In this document: positions 36,573-46,435 of the stretch, one piece after another | How positions within the stretch are numbered: position 1 is the stretch's first letter | How the letters are laid out: every line of letters begins with the position of its first letter | Assembly: GCA_964436175.1 (NCBI GenBank) | Contig: CAYTBX010000001.1 | Location: 24,306 to 88,305 of the forward strand | Source of the DNA: an uncultured Candidatus Saccharibacteria bacterium | GTDB taxonomy: Bacteria > Patescibacteriota > Minisyncoccia > UBA6257 > UBA11618 | DNA length: 64,000 bases | Direction: 5' to 3' | Notes under the pieces: model-generated | The model's database searches: none | Told to the model about the DNA's origin: nothing | What the model saw: only the letters and a program-made list of their open reading frames with translations | Program-made: the position numbers and the translations under genes

Positions 36573-37055
36573 TTATGCCAAAAATAATATAAGGATGGTC
36601 GTTACGATGGAGGTTGCCGTAAGGGCGAGGGCTACGCGGAGGGCGTGGTATTTGTTGTGCGCCACTTTCGCTAAGTTGTAGGCGTTGTTATAGAGGGCTT
36701 TCGCGACATCGTCGTCCGTAAGCGCCATGCCGGTTTTGATATACGTTTCTTTTTTATACGCCGCAATGCTTTCGAAATACGTCATATCCCCCTTCTCCGG
36801 CTTGCCGCCGCGCGGGTAGATAACGGTAATGACGCTTTTGAGCGCTACGAGTATTAAAAGTACGGCGACGGCGAATACTGCACCCCACATCGGTGTTGCT
36901 CCCCCGCTCGCCTTGATAGTGTTGATGCGTGTAAGAAGCGCAGCGGTCGAGATACCTAAAACATACAACGTGGATACCGCCTTCGCGTCCGCCTGCTTTA
37001 TCAAGTCCGCAATCTGCCCCGCAGAGAATTTAGCGAAATCATTTTGTGCTGCCAT
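36573..37055 (-). CDS. Small 2-TM (plus a C-terminal hydrophobic helix) membrane protein, SLATT-like effector architecture; a speculative assignment
   Basis: Start taken at the internal ATG (MAAQNDFAKF...). An N-terminal amphipathic helix; TM1 STLYVLGISTAALLTRI; TM2 MWGAVFAVAVLLILVALKSVITVIY; a ~70-aa soluble segment; then a terminal hydrophobic helix ALRVALALTATSIVTTILILFLA. Confidence 0.45.
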   Translation of the reverse strand: MAAQNDFAKFSAGQIADLIKQADAKAVSTLYVLGISTAALLTRINTIKASGGATPMWGAVFAVAVLLILVALKSVITVIYPRGGKPEKGDMTYFESIAAYKKETYIKTGMALTDDDVAKALYNNAYNLAKVAHNKYHALRVALALTATSIVTTILILFLA

Positions 37056-37061
37056 ATATGT

Positions 37062-37090
37062 AGTATAACAAACTCGAAAATCGAAATCCG
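37062..37090. repeat. Four tandem 7-bp TCGAAA-type direct repeats in the divergent promoter region
   Basis: actcgaaa-atcgaaa-tccgaaa-ctcgaaa, lying between the starts of the two divergent unknown genes. Confidence 0.45.
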
Positions 37091-37187
37091 AAACTCGAAA
37101 CAAAAATATGGACAATTTATAAAAAACAGCGTATTGTAGTGACGGCTCTTGCCTATCATCAATCACACGTATTTCAGGAGATTTGTC

Positions 37188-37892
37188 ATGGCGCGTTCAG
37201 TTCCCCTTACCGAGGGTCGGGCAACTATGCTTATGTATCAGTTGCTCGATATGCTTACGGATATCGGCGATGGCAATGAGATCGGCGATCGCTTCGTTTC
37301 CTGTCTTTACGGGCATAAGCCGGCATTCCTTTCTTTATGCGGGGCTTCTACCGATCGATCCCAAAAGATCATTACTGAGCACGCGCGTCGGGATATCATT
37401 GCGGAATTTCTGCCGGTTGTTGGTTCCCTTATGGGATTTAATTCCCAACTGAGCGATTCGTACTACCTAGACGTCCGTTCCGGATGGCTGGATAACGAAA
37501 TCGGCTGCGCCGGTAATCGGTCTAACCGATTCGTTATGCGCAAATTGCCGTACGTCGCATACCGTTCTTTGCGGCGTACGCGCCTTATCCATTTGGTCCG
37601 GCGCATCAATCAGGAAGTTGATTTTCCGGATGCCACGGTTTGGGACGTACTTGCCATCCTACGTTCGTGTAGGCAACGCTTGCCGAGCAAGTGCGCGATT
37701 TGCGTTATGCCTGAATGTTCGTGGTTCTGCCCGAAGTACGAGCGTTATGACAGAGACGCACCGCGTTCGTGCATGATGTTTTTCTTGGACGGCAGAAAGC
37801 TCGATATCCGTAACGTGAGCGAGAACGCATTCGTTCCGAAGCAGACGCTCTTCTTGAGTTACGTCACTTCGACCGTCGACTTGCTCGCGTAA
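37188..37892 (+). CDS. Hypothetical Cys-rich soluble protein (234 aa)
   Basis: A C-terminal Cys cluster SCRQRLPSKCAICVMPECSWFCPKY; I recognise no family. Start taken at the internal ATG (MARSVPLTEG). Confidence 0.5.
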   Translation: MARSVPLTEGRATMLMYQLLDMLTDIGDGNEIGDRFVSCLYGHKPAFLSLCGASTDRSQKIITEHARRDIIAEFLPVVGSLMGFNSQLSDSYYLDVRSGWLDNEIGCAGNRSNRFVMRKLPYVAYRSLRRTRLIHLVRRINQEVDFPDATVWDVLAILRSCRQRLPSKCAICVMPECSWFCPKYERYDRDAPRSCMMFFLDGRKLDIRNVSENAFVPKQTLFLSYVTSTVDLLA

Positions 37893-37908
37893 GCAGTCCG
37901 GCTTTCGT

Positions 37909-37939
37909 GGCCGTATCCCGATCGGGATACGGCCGTTTT
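37909..37939. terminator. Perfect palindromic bidirectional terminator
   Basis: ggccgtatccc-gatc-gggatacggcc followed by gtttt. Confidence 0.6.
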
Positions 37940-37944
37940 CATAT

Positions 37945-38796
37945 TTAAAAAAGCGTGGGCGGGATTATTTTCTTTTTCGGCGAAGAAGTCTTGCGTTCCG
38001 GTAGGCCGCTTACGGTTATATGTGAAACGGCATCTGGCGCTGGATGAGTGTCTTTTTCAACGGCCGCTACGTATGCGCAGTAGTCGCAGGCGGCGTCCGC
38101 CTTCGGGATTTCGTTTTTATCGAGGCAGGCTTTGGCGTCTATGAGCGCCTTGTCTACCCAGTCGGAATTGCCCGTATAGGCGATGAGTGTTATATCGAAG
38201 TCGAGTTTGCCGTCGAAAGCCTTTCTATCAGTCTTCCCGTTGCAGTACACGAAGTAGCCGGTGTTAGACACCGTAAAGCCGTTTTGCCGCAGGAGCCATT
38301 GGTATATTTCCATTTGGCGCTTGTAGCCGTCGTGCCAGTCCTTATCCAGGGCATTAATCTCTTCTTCTTTCGCCGTCGCCTTGTAGTCCACCACCATGTA
38401 CTCCCCTGCGGCGTTCAGCCATAAATCGTCTATCGCGCCGAAGACGTAAAAATTAGTGGGGGCGTGGAGCGTGCCCACGCCTGTGAAGTTATGCCGCCAC
38501 TCGTCGAGCTTTTCGTGCTTAGCCGGTACGGCATCGATTCCGTACTTTTCCATAAGCGGGTGTTTCACGCCCGTCGCGCGGTGTATGTCGAATTCCTTTT
38601 TAAGTAAGTGGTCTACGGCGGAGTTCAAGGCGAACGGGAATCCGGGCGGCCGGCCGATGCCGATGCGCCTATCAAGATAGAAGCACCGCGGGCATTGCAT
38701 GAAGAGGTCAATCTTCGAGCGTGATAATTTGAAGGCTTCGCGTGAAGCCGGCTCGTATGTCCCTTTCGTGCGCTTGGCGGTGTAATATATCGACAC
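37945..38796 (-). CDS. PD-(D/E)XK nuclease, Cas4/RecB-like with a four-Cys cluster
   Basis: An N-terminal CPRC; a GAIDDL...MVVDYKAT core consistent with a D...D/ExK active site; a C-terminal C-x13-CDYC. Confidence 0.6.
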   Translation of the reverse strand: MSIYYTAKRTKGTYEPASREAFKLSRSKIDLFMQCPRCFYLDRRIGIGRPPGFPFALNSAVDHLLKKEFDIHRATGVKHPLMEKYGIDAVPAKHEKLDEWRHNFTGVGTLHAPTNFYVFGAIDDLWLNAAGEYMVVDYKATAKEEEINALDKDWHDGYKRQMEIYQWLLRQNGFTVSNTGYFVYCNGKTDRKAFDGKLDFDITLIAYTGNSDWVDKALIDAKACLDKNEIPKADAACDYCAYVAAVEKDTHPAPDAVSHITVSGLPERKTSSPKKKIIPPTLF

Positions 38797-39189
38797 TTAA
38801 TTAAATGTAATTAAGAAATTATACATACCCATGCCGCAGAGGCCTTGGAGTTCCGCTCCCGCCGCTTGGGGTGGCACGGGGATGTCCGTCATGCCAGTCA
38901 TTGGTAGATTGCTGCGGTAGCCGATAGCAGGGATTATAAGTGACGACGAGCAGTCGAATGTGCCTTTAGTGTTCATGCGGATGATCGTTGGCACGCCGGC
39001 TTTGGCTAATGTTGTTTGTGGTGCGTAGCCGCCCTTCGCGCTGATTTCGATTATTTGTGTGCCGTCTACGACGCTTACGTTATTTAATCCTGCTAAAAGG
39101 TCATTTGGATTATTTGTTGTGCGTGCGAAAAGAATTGTGCCTACAATAAGGACAATAGCGATGCCGATAGAAAGAAGAATTGTTTTCAT
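38797..39189 (-). CDS. Membrane-anchored cupredoxin-like domain protein
   Basis: N-terminal TM segment, then IIEISAKGGYAPQ...TFDCSSSLIIP...LCGMGMYNFLITF (the CGMGM-type C-terminal motif seen in copper-locus cupredoxin-like proteins). Confidence 0.55.
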   Translation of the reverse strand: MKTILLSIGIAIVLIVGTILFARTTNNPNDLLAGLNNVSVVDGTQIIEISAKGGYAPQTTLAKAGVPTIIRMNTKGTFDCSSSLIIPAIGYRSNLPMTGMTDIPVPPQAAGAELQGLCGMGMYNFLITFN

Positions 39190-40205
39190 ATAGTAAGAAT
39201 AGGCGGAATGACGCCGAATGCAACGAGGGCGCTTATCAGGTTGAAAATAGCGAAGAATATAACAATAAGCCCCGCGGTTTTAAAGAATATTCCTGATTGC
39301 GCTTTTGTGTGCAGCCCCAGTGCGCCAAAAGAGAGAAGTGCGAGTACGGGTAACGTGCCGAGCGCGAACGAGAGCATGGTAAGCGAACCCGCCCAAAAGC
39401 TGCCAGTCGAAAGCGAATAGAGTTGCATCGATTGCGTGAATCCGCAGGGTAAAAAAAACGTGGCGGTGCCGAGGAGTGCGGGTGTTAATGAGTGGTTAAT
39501 GTCTTTAAGTGCATGGGCGCGCCTACTTATAAAGCGTGGCGTGACAAGTTGAAATTTTTTTATCCACGGGAAGATATCGAGCAGATTTATACCGAGAATT
39601 AATAAGACGATTGCGACGGCGATTCCCATGGCGAATGCGCCGGTTGGGCCGATTTGGAACGTTGCGCCGAGCGTGCCGATTATGCCGCCTAAGACGAAGA
39701 ACGATACGAGGCGTGCGGCATGGAAGAGGATTTGCGGCCGGATACGGTCCCCTGCCTTCGCGAAGTTGGCGCTTATGGAAAGCGTGAGCCCGCCCACGAC
39801 CGCCATGCAGGTGGAGACGGATGCGACGAGCCCGATTGCGAACGCCGTGCCGTACGTTACCTGCGACGCGGTGATGAGGTTAACGATACCGAGTTTTTGA
39901 AGGGCAATGAAGATCGCGATGAAGGCGCCGGCGGCGGGTGCGGCGATTATAAAGTCGCGCCACCGCGCACCGTGCTTTTGCCGTTCTATCGAAACCGAAT
40001 AGCCGTGGGGCGCGAGTATGGTAGTAAGTTCACGTGCAAGCTCTTCTGGTTTTGTGTCCCCGAAGTCACCCGTAACTTCGAGGGTGTGCGTGGCGAGCGA
40101 TGCCCGTGCTTTTACTACCCCCCGTACGCCCGTTAGCTCGCTTTCCGTGAGCAGTACGCACGAGGCGCAGTGCATACCGCTTATGTGGAATAGGTATGTT
40201 TTCAT
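39186..40205 (-). CDS. HMA (heavy-metal-associated) domain fused to a polytopic DsbD/CcdA-like membrane domain
   Basis: N-terminal GMHCASC metal-binding motif, then roughly 8 TM helices with membrane-embedded Cys (STCMAVVGG; FFLPCGF). Confidence 0.5.
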   Translation of the reverse strand: MKTYLFHISGMHCASCVLLTESELTGVRGVVKARASLATHTLEVTGDFGDTKPEELARELTTILAPHGYSVSIERQKHGARWRDFIIAAPAAGAFIAIFIALQKLGIVNLITASQVTYGTAFAIGLVASVSTCMAVVGGLTLSISANFAKAGDRIRPQILFHAARLVSFFVLGGIIGTLGATFQIGPTGAFAMGIAVAIVLLILGINLLDIFPWIKKFQLVTPRFISRRAHALKDINHSLTPALLGTATFFLPCGFTQSMQLYSLSTGSFWAGSLTMLSFALGTLPVLALLSFGALGLHTKAQSGIFFKTAGLIVIFFAIFNLISALVAFGVIPPILTI

Positions 40206-40209
40206 GGGT

Positions 40210-42510
40210 TTATATTTTCTTGGCTTTCAATCGAAGCGAGTTAGCGACCACGGAGACGGAGGAAAGCGCCATGGCTGCGCCGGCGAATACCGGCGAGAGC
40301 GTTAACCCGAAAGCGGGGTATAAGGCGCCCGCGGCAAGCGGAATGCCTACTACGTTGTACGCGAATGCCCAGAAGAGGTTTTGGCGGATGCCGCGCATAG
40401 TGAGCCGCGAAAGACGAATTGCCTTTACGAGTTTGCTAATGTCGCCATGCAGGAGGGTGATGCCGGCCGTCTCGATTGCCACGTCCGTGCCCGTTCCCAT
40501 GGCGATACCGACGTTCGCTTGCGCGAGTGCTGGTGCGTCGTTTACGCCATCCCCTACCATAGCGACAATACGCCCTGCTTTTTGCAACTCTCTTATTTTT
40601 TTAAGCTTTTCATCCGGAAGGACTTCAGCGATCACTTCGTCTATTCCTACTGCGCGGGCAATTGCGTTTGCAGTATTTTCAGTATCGCCGGTAAGTATGA
40701 TGGTTTTTATGCCCATCTCGTGGAGGCTGCGCACTGCCTCAACCGCCTCTGCTTTTACGCTATCCGCAATCATTACAATTGCGAGTACTTCTTTTTCGTT
40801 TGCGAGTAGTATTGGCGTTGATCCTTTTTGCGTTTCCGTTTCGATATGGCTCACATCGAAAGAAATTGCACGCTCGTTCATAAGGGCGGCATTGCCGGCA
40901 AAGTAGCGCGTGCCATTAATGCTTCCCGTGAGCCCTTTGCCTTTTAAGGCTTCGAAATTCGTAGCGGCTCGTAGCTGGATACCGTTCGTTTTCGCGTATT
41001 CCGTTATGGCGTGAGCTATCGGGTGTTCGGACTTCGCTTCAAGCGATGCGAGGATAGCGATTAATTCATTTTTTTCAACGTTCCCATACGTGCGGATATC
41101 CGTGAGTTCCGGTTTGCCTTTCGTGATGGTGCCGGTCTTATCCATGACGACGGTGTTTGCCTTGTGGAGCGTTTCGAGCGTTGCCGCGTCTTTTATTAGG
41201 ATGCCTTCTTCTGCTCCCTTGCCTACGCCCACGATTATTGCGGTCGGTGTCGCGAGCCCCAAAGCGCAGGGGCAGGCAATAACGAGAACGCCAACGAATG
41301 AGGCGAGGCCGTACGAAAGTGCGAGCGCTCCGCCGAGTGCAGGCGTGCCGATAATAATCCATGCGGCGAGCGATACGAATGCTATGCCGAGAGTTATCGG
41401 TACGAAGACGGCTGATAGTTTGTCTGCAAGCGCCTGAATGGGCGCGCGGCTCCCCTGCGCCTCTTGCACCATAAGGACGATGCGGGCGAGTAAAGTCTCC
41501 TTACCAACCTTAGTTGCCGTAAACGTAAAAGACCCCGTGGTATTAATAGTGCCGGCAACGACCGCGTCGCCCGCGCCTTTTTTGACGGGCATTGGCTCGC
41601 CGGTCACCATCGACTCGTCGACGAACGATTCCCCTTCCGTAACCGTACCGTCTACAGGAATACGCGCGCCTGGTTTTACGATTATACGGTCGCCGTGCAC
41701 TACTTCGCCTACGGGCAGTTCTATTTCTTTGCCGCCACGGATTACGAGCGCGGTTTTTGCTTGGAGGTTAAGTAGTTTTTCGAGTGCTGCGCCGGTTTTT
41801 AATTTTGCCCGCGCCTCGAGATATTTGCCGAGAGTTATAAAAGCGATAACAACGATAGTGACGTCATAGTAGGTTTGGTCCGTATCGATAAGGCCCTTAA
41901 GCGGCTCTTCGAATGCGGAGAGGATAAAGCTGTATAGGTATGCGACGGACGTGCCGATGCCGATAAGCGTATCCATGTTCGCGGCTCCGTAGCGCAGGAA
42001 GCGATAGACACCCATAAGATATGGCGTGCCGATCACAAACATCATGTACGTCGCCATCAAGGGCAAGAGGTGGTGAAAGAATTCTTTTGTGATTTCTGCG
42101 GGTGGGGCGATGAACCCGAATGCGGCGAGCATATCCCACCCCATAACGAAGATACTAAATAGGGTGAGCGGAATAGACGCAATCACCATATTTTTCATAC
42201 TCCTGAGTTCGGCAATCTTTTCACTTTTCGATTGGCCGAGTCCCGTATGCGCTGCATGCTCGCTTGCAGACATACCCATAGACTCTGCGGATTGCGCTGC
42301 GGGGCTTACGAGCGAATAACCGAGCGGTTCTAGCAGTTTTGAAAGGTCTGCGGTAGTTACCTTCGATTCGTCGAACGAGATTTTCGCCGTTTCGGTGGCG
42401 TAGCTGACTTCTGCCGACGCTACCCCTTCGGCCTTTTTGAGCGTTTTTTCGATAATCGCCGAACACGATGCGCAGTGCATCCCCTTTACTTTGTATGTTT
42501 CCGTGTGCAT
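40210..42510 (-). CDS. copA: Copper-translocating P1B-type ATPase
   Basis: HMA GMHCASC, the TM6 CPC motif ([11 protein letters not shown]), phosphorylation site DKTGTIT, and [10 protein letters not shown]. Confidence 0.9.
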   Translation of the reverse strand: MHTETYKVKGMHCASCSAIIEKTLKKAEGVASAEVSYATETAKISFDESKVTTADLSKLLEPLGYSLVSPAAQSAESMGMSASEHAAHTGLGQSKSEKIAELRSMKNMVIASIPLTLFSIFVMGWDMLAAFGFIAPPAEITKEFFHHLLPLMATYMMFVIGTPYLMGVYRFLRYGAANMDTLIGIGTSVAYLYSFILSAFEEPLKGLIDTDQTYYDVTIVVIAFITLGKYLEARAKLKTGAALEKLLNLQAKTALVIRGGKEIELPVGEVVHGDRIIVKPGARIPVDGTVTEGESFVDESMVTGEPMPVKKGAGDAVVAGTINTTGSFTFTATKVGKETLLARIVLMVQEAQGSRAPIQALADKLSAVFVPITLGIAFVSLAAWIIIGTPALGGALALSYGLASFVGVLVIACPCALGLATPTAIIVGVGKGAEEGILIKDAATLETLHKANTVVMDKTGTITKGKPELTDIRTYGNVEKNELIAILASLEAKSEHPIAHAITEYAKTNGIQLRAATNFEALKGKGLTGSINGTRYFAGNAALMNERAISFDVSHIETETQKGSTPILLANEKEVLAIVMIADSVKAEAVEAVRSLHEMGIKTIILTGDTENTANAIARAVGIDEVIAEVLPDEKLKKIRELQKAGRIVAMVGDGVNDAPALAQANVGIAMGTGTDVAIETAGITLLHGDISKLVKAIRLSRLTMRGIRQNLFWAFAYNVVGIPLAAGALYPAFGLTLSPVFAGAAMALSSVSVVANSLRLKAKKI

Positions 42511-42511
42511 A

Positions 42512-42778
42512 TTATTTGCGCTTAAGACGATACACCGTGAGTATCTCTTCCCGTGCCTTAGCTCCATCACCTTTTTTTATTTGGTCGAGGGCGCATGTAC
42601 TTAAATGATTTTCCATCAGTACGTCCTCAATGCCGGAAAGAGCCTGTTTTACGGCGGACGTCTGGGTAATAACATCGATGCAATATGCCCCCTTTTCGAC
42701 CATATCCTGCAACCCGCGTACCTGCCCCCCCACAATCTTCAGGCGCCGCATTATTTTGCTTTTCGATTTTTCGAGCAT
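42512..42778 (-). CDS. csoR: CsoR/RcnR-family metal-sensing transcriptional repressor
   Basis: 88 aa: ...[35 protein letters not shown]...HLSTCA. It sits immediately upstream of copA. Confidence 0.8.
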   Translation of the reverse strand: MLEKSKSKIMRRLKIVGGQVRGLQDMVEKGAYCIDVITQTSAVKQALSGIEDVLMENHLSTCALDQIKKGDGAKAREEILTVYRLKRK

Positions 42779-42787
42779 GCTTTATTA

Positions 42788-42804
42788 ATACCCTCTAGGG
42801 GTAT
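42788..42804. promoter_or_regulatory. Candidate CsoR operator, a GC-core inverted repeat
   Basis: ATACCC-tctag-GGGTAT, about 10 bp upstream of the csoR start. Confidence 0.4.
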
Positions 42805-42826
42805 ATCTCGTCAAGTGAGAGGATAT

Positions 42827-44374
42827 TTATCGTACCGTAAAGCTAAACATCATACCCGTTTCTAGATGCTCGGAAATATGGCAATGCGCCATCCATGTGC
42901 CAGGGTTTGAAGTATCAAGTACGATATCAACTGTTTCGCCGGCGGGGACAAGTACCGTGTCTTTCCATGCGAGATTCGTTTCTTGTATACCGTTACGATT
43001 TACGATAAGAAATCGTTGGCCGTGAAAATGGATCGGGTGTTGCATCGGGTGCATGGAATTCGGGTCGTTAAATATCCGGATTTTCACCGGTATATCTTTT
43101 TTGAATGTCCAGTCGATAGCATTGTTTTCCTTGCTGGTTGCTTGGTCAATAATTTTCCATTTAACCATAGCCGTATTCGACATGGCATTCATCATTTGAT
43201 TCGTGTCATCCCACTCAATGCCGTCAGGAGATGTTCTCATCATCGATCCGCCCATCATCCCACCCGACATCATTCCCCCGCCGCCCATCATCCCTCGCAT
43301 GCCTCCATCGAGAGTGAGGGTTATTCGCTTTGTCGGCTCTGCTATAAAGAACGTGCGAAACGGATTGATGCTTGTTATCGTTTCTTGGTTAGTTTGTAAC
43401 GTATTAAACATTTGCTCGTATGAGGTGCGTGCCCGATCGCTCGTGACGGTAATAGTTCCTAATGCGTATGTCTTCTCTGGCGTTCTGTTTTCGATAGCGT
43501 ATATTCCGGCTTGTGGCACAAAAATATCCACAATAGCCCTTTCTGAAGGGCTGAGAATGACGCTTTCAACAAACATAGCTTTTTCGTACGCTCCGTTATC
43601 ACCTCCGACAAGTTTTAATTTCAGGCCATTGATCGTGAAATTGAACGGGCGAGCATTCGCGGCATTTATAACATACAGGCGGATTACCTCCCCTGCTTTT
43701 GCCATAAGATCAAATTTTTCTTTTCCATTTACAAGCATCACATTGCCGTAATGGCCCATAAGCGAATGGCTGATTATATTTTTATCGAGTGCAATTTTTC
43801 CGTTTTCAAGAGGTATGTCAGAAAGAAACAGAGGCACTTCTCGATTTACCGGTGGAAAAGAAGCGGGGTTGGTAGGCGTAACGATAAACGCACCGTAGAG
43901 CCCCAGCCCTTGTCCATACACCTCCTTCGCATGCGGATGGTACCAGTACACACCCGCGTCGGGGAATGCGAGTTTGTATGAAAATGACTCGCCCGGCTTC
44001 ATTTCTTTTTGCTGTAGTTGTGATCCGTCAAAGGCATTTTCCATGCGCACGCCATGAGAATGAAGGAGCGCGGGCATATCCGTGGCGTTTTTAAAATTAA
44101 TGGTAATTTCTGCGCCTTGGACAACTTTAATGGTCGGTCCGGGGATCGATCCGTTATAGGCAAGCATAGTTTGTTCTCTGCCATCTATAACTTTAACGAT
44201 GTAGTCTGCGGTAAGGTTGTAGATAGCGCCATTTTTAAGTTCAACAACAGCACTTTCTGTTGCAATAGATGCGGGATCGCTGGGTTGGCCTGCAAATAGA
44301 TAATATCCTCCGCCTAAAAGGAGTGCGCCAATGATTGGGTATAGAATCGTCTTATTTTTCATTTTTGTTTTCAT
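42827..44374 (-). CDS. Multicopper oxidase (CueO/laccase-like) with a Met-rich segment
   Basis: HWHG-type copper sites (HPIHFHGQRF; WMAHCHISEHLETGMM) and a Met/Gly-rich insert MRGMMGGGGMMSGGMMGGSMM. Confidence 0.85.
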   Translation of the reverse strand: MKTKMKNKTILYPIIGALLLGGGYYLFAGQPSDPASIATESAVVELKNGAIYNLTADYIVKVIDGREQTMLAYNGSIPGPTIKVVQGAEITINFKNATDMPALLHSHGVRMENAFDGSQLQQKEMKPGESFSYKLAFPDAGVYWYHPHAKEVYGQGLGLYGAFIVTPTNPASFPPVNREVPLFLSDIPLENGKIALDKNIISHSLMGHYGNVMLVNGKEKFDLMAKAGEVIRLYVINAANARPFNFTINGLKLKLVGGDNGAYEKAMFVESVILSPSERAIVDIFVPQAGIYAIENRTPEKTYALGTITVTSDRARTSYEQMFNTLQTNQETITSINPFRTFFIAEPTKRITLTLDGGMRGMMGGGGMMSGGMMGGSMMRTSPDGIEWDDTNQMMNAMSNTAMVKWKIIDQATSKENNAIDWTFKKDIPVKIRIFNDPNSMHPMQHPIHFHGQRFLIVNRNGIQETNLAWKDTVLVPAGETVDIVLDTSNPGTWMAHCHISEHLETGMMFSFTVR

Positions 44375-46431
44375 ATTTTCAATTTCGGTTCCACTCGTTT
44401 TAGGAGTACGGCGTTCGTCGCGACTATGATGGACGACACGGACATAAGCAGTGCGGCGATTTCTGGACGGAGCGACCAGCCGAGGGATGTGTAGAAAACA
44501 CCAGCGGCAACGGGGATGGCAAGCACATTATAGATCGCCGCCCAAAAGAGATTCTGTTTCATTTTTTGCACGGTCGATTTGCTTAAGCGGATTGCCGCGA
44601 CGATGTCGTACGGGTCGGATTTCATGAGTACGATACTCGCCGTTTCTATCGCCACGTCCGTTCCCGCGCCTATCGCGATGCCGATATTCGCTTGCGCAAG
44701 CGCGGGCGCGTCGTTTACGCCATCCCCCACCATAGCGACGAACTTGCCTTCGTCTTGCAATTTTTTAACATAACTCGCTTTGTCTTCGGGCATGACTTCC
44801 GCAAATACGCGATCAATGCCGAGCTCCTTGCCAACGGCCTCTGCTGTTTTTTTATTGTCCCCGGTGATCATCGCGGTTTCTATGCCGAGCTTTTTCAATT
44901 CCATAATTGTTTTTGCTGATGAGGTGCGCACTTCGTCAGAAATACCGATAATACCCACGGCAACGCCATCAACCGCGATAATGCTTAATGTTTTTCCCCC
45001 TGCGAGCAATGTTTCAATTTCTTTTTGGATGTCCGTGGTTGCGATGCCCTTGTCGCGTAATAACCGCTCTGTCCCGACAAGAACTGTTTTTCCACCGATA
45101 ACCGCTTCAAGTCCCAGTCCCGCAAGCGAAGCAAAGTTGCTGATAACGGATATTTGGACACTCCTTTTTTCCGCTTCCGCAAGTATCGCCGCCGAAAGCG
45201 GGTGGCTTGATTTCGTTTCAACGCTTGCGGCATAGCGCAGGATATCTTCTTCTTTCAGCGCGTCGGTCGCAATCACATCCGTCACTTTCGGCTTGCCTTC
45301 TGTGAGCGTTCCCGTCTTATCAAGTACGATGGCGTTTATTTTTGATGCGCCCTCGAGCGTCGCGGCATCTTTTATAAGAATATTATGTTTTGCACCCAGA
45401 CCGGTCCCCACCGCAACCGCTGTCGGCGTGGCAAGCCCCAATGCATCAGGGCAGGCAATAACAATCGTTGCAATAGCAAAGGTGAGAGCCACGGTGAATG
45501 TTGCGCCCGCAATAATATACCAACCGAAAAAGGCAAGAATGCCCGAAGCAACCGCAACCACGACAAGATAAGCAGCCGCTTTGTCCGCAATCCGCTGGCC
45601 AGGCGCTTTGGAATTTTGCGCCGTTTCTACCATCTTAATAATCGAGGCCAGTACGGTATCCGACCCGACTTTCGTGGCGCGAAATTGCACCGAGCCGCTT
45701 TGGTTGATGGAACCGCCAATGACTCTATCGCCCATGCCTTTTGAAACTGGTAATGATTCGCCGGTAACGAGCGCTTCGTCAATTGACGTCTCGCCTTCTG
45801 TTATTTCGCCATCAACGGGAACTTTGTCGCCGGGCTTTAGTATCACGATATCATTCAAGATTACTTCCGCGCTCGCGATAAGCATTTCTTTGCCGTTGCG
45901 CATCACGCGCGCTTGCGGGGGCACAAGGTCAAATAATGCGCGAAGGGACTCCGATGTGCCACGACGTGACTTCATTTCCATCCAATGTCCGAAGAGCACA
46001 AAGGTAACGAGAAGCGCCGCGGCTTCATAAAACACTTCGCCACCGCCAATCATAGCAAGCGTGATACTGCCAAGATATGCCGCCAAAACGCCCGTCGCCA
46101 CTAAAACCGCCATATTAAGCTTTTTCGCTTTAAGTGAATAATAAGTACCGGTAATGAAAATAGATCCCGTCCAAAAAACAATCGGGGTAGTGAGAATGAA
46201 AAGAAGTAGATTAATCGGAATAGGCGACCAAAGAGAAAGCCCAAATACATTTACCCCTACCGGCGAATAAAGAAAAATCGGGATAGAAAGCACAAAAGAA
46301 ATCCAAAACCGGCGGCGCATATCCGCCTCCATCTGCTTTGCCATGGCGGGGTCCGTCATCGCGCTTTCGTGATCCATAGCCGACATTGCAGACATAGAGC
46401 GGTTTTTTGGATTGTGGTTTTCGTGATTCAT
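44371..46431 (-). CDS. P1B-type heavy-metal ATPase without an HMA domain; it has a His/Met-rich N-terminus and an unusual CPD TM motif
   Basis: [17 protein letters not shown], and TM6 VIACPDALGLATP (CPD rather than CPC/CPH). The N-terminus reads MNHENHNPKNRSMSAMSAMDHESAM. Confidence 0.85.
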   Translation of the reverse strand: MNHENHNPKNRSMSAMSAMDHESAMTDPAMAKQMEADMRRRFWISFVLSIPIFLYSPVGVNVFGLSLWSPIPINLLLFILTTPIVFWTGSIFITGTYYSLKAKKLNMAVLVATGVLAAYLGSITLAMIGGGEVFYEAAALLVTFVLFGHWMEMKSRRGTSESLRALFDLVPPQARVMRNGKEMLIASAEVILNDIVILKPGDKVPVDGEITEGETSIDEALVTGESLPVSKGMGDRVIGGSINQSGSVQFRATKVGSDTVLASIIKMVETAQNSKAPGQRIADKAAAYLVVVAVASGILAFFGWYIIAGATFTVALTFAIATIVIACPDALGLATPTAVAVGTGLGAKHNILIKDAATLEGASKINAIVLDKTGTLTEGKPKVTDVIATDALKEEDILRYAASVETKSSHPLSAAILAEAEKRSVQISVISNFASLAGLGLEAVIGGKTVLVGTERLLRDKGIATTDIQKEIETLLAGGKTLSIIAVDGVAVGIIGISDEVRTSSAKTIMELKKLGIETAMITGDNKKTAEAVGKELGIDRVFAEVMPEDKASYVKKLQDEGKFVAMVGDGVNDAPALAQANIGIAIGAGTDVAIETASIVLMKSDPYDIVAAIRLSKSTVQKMKQNLFWAAIYNVLAIPVAAGVFYTSLGWSLRPEIAALLMSVSSIIVATNAVLLKRVEPKLKI

Positions 46432-46435
46432 AGAA

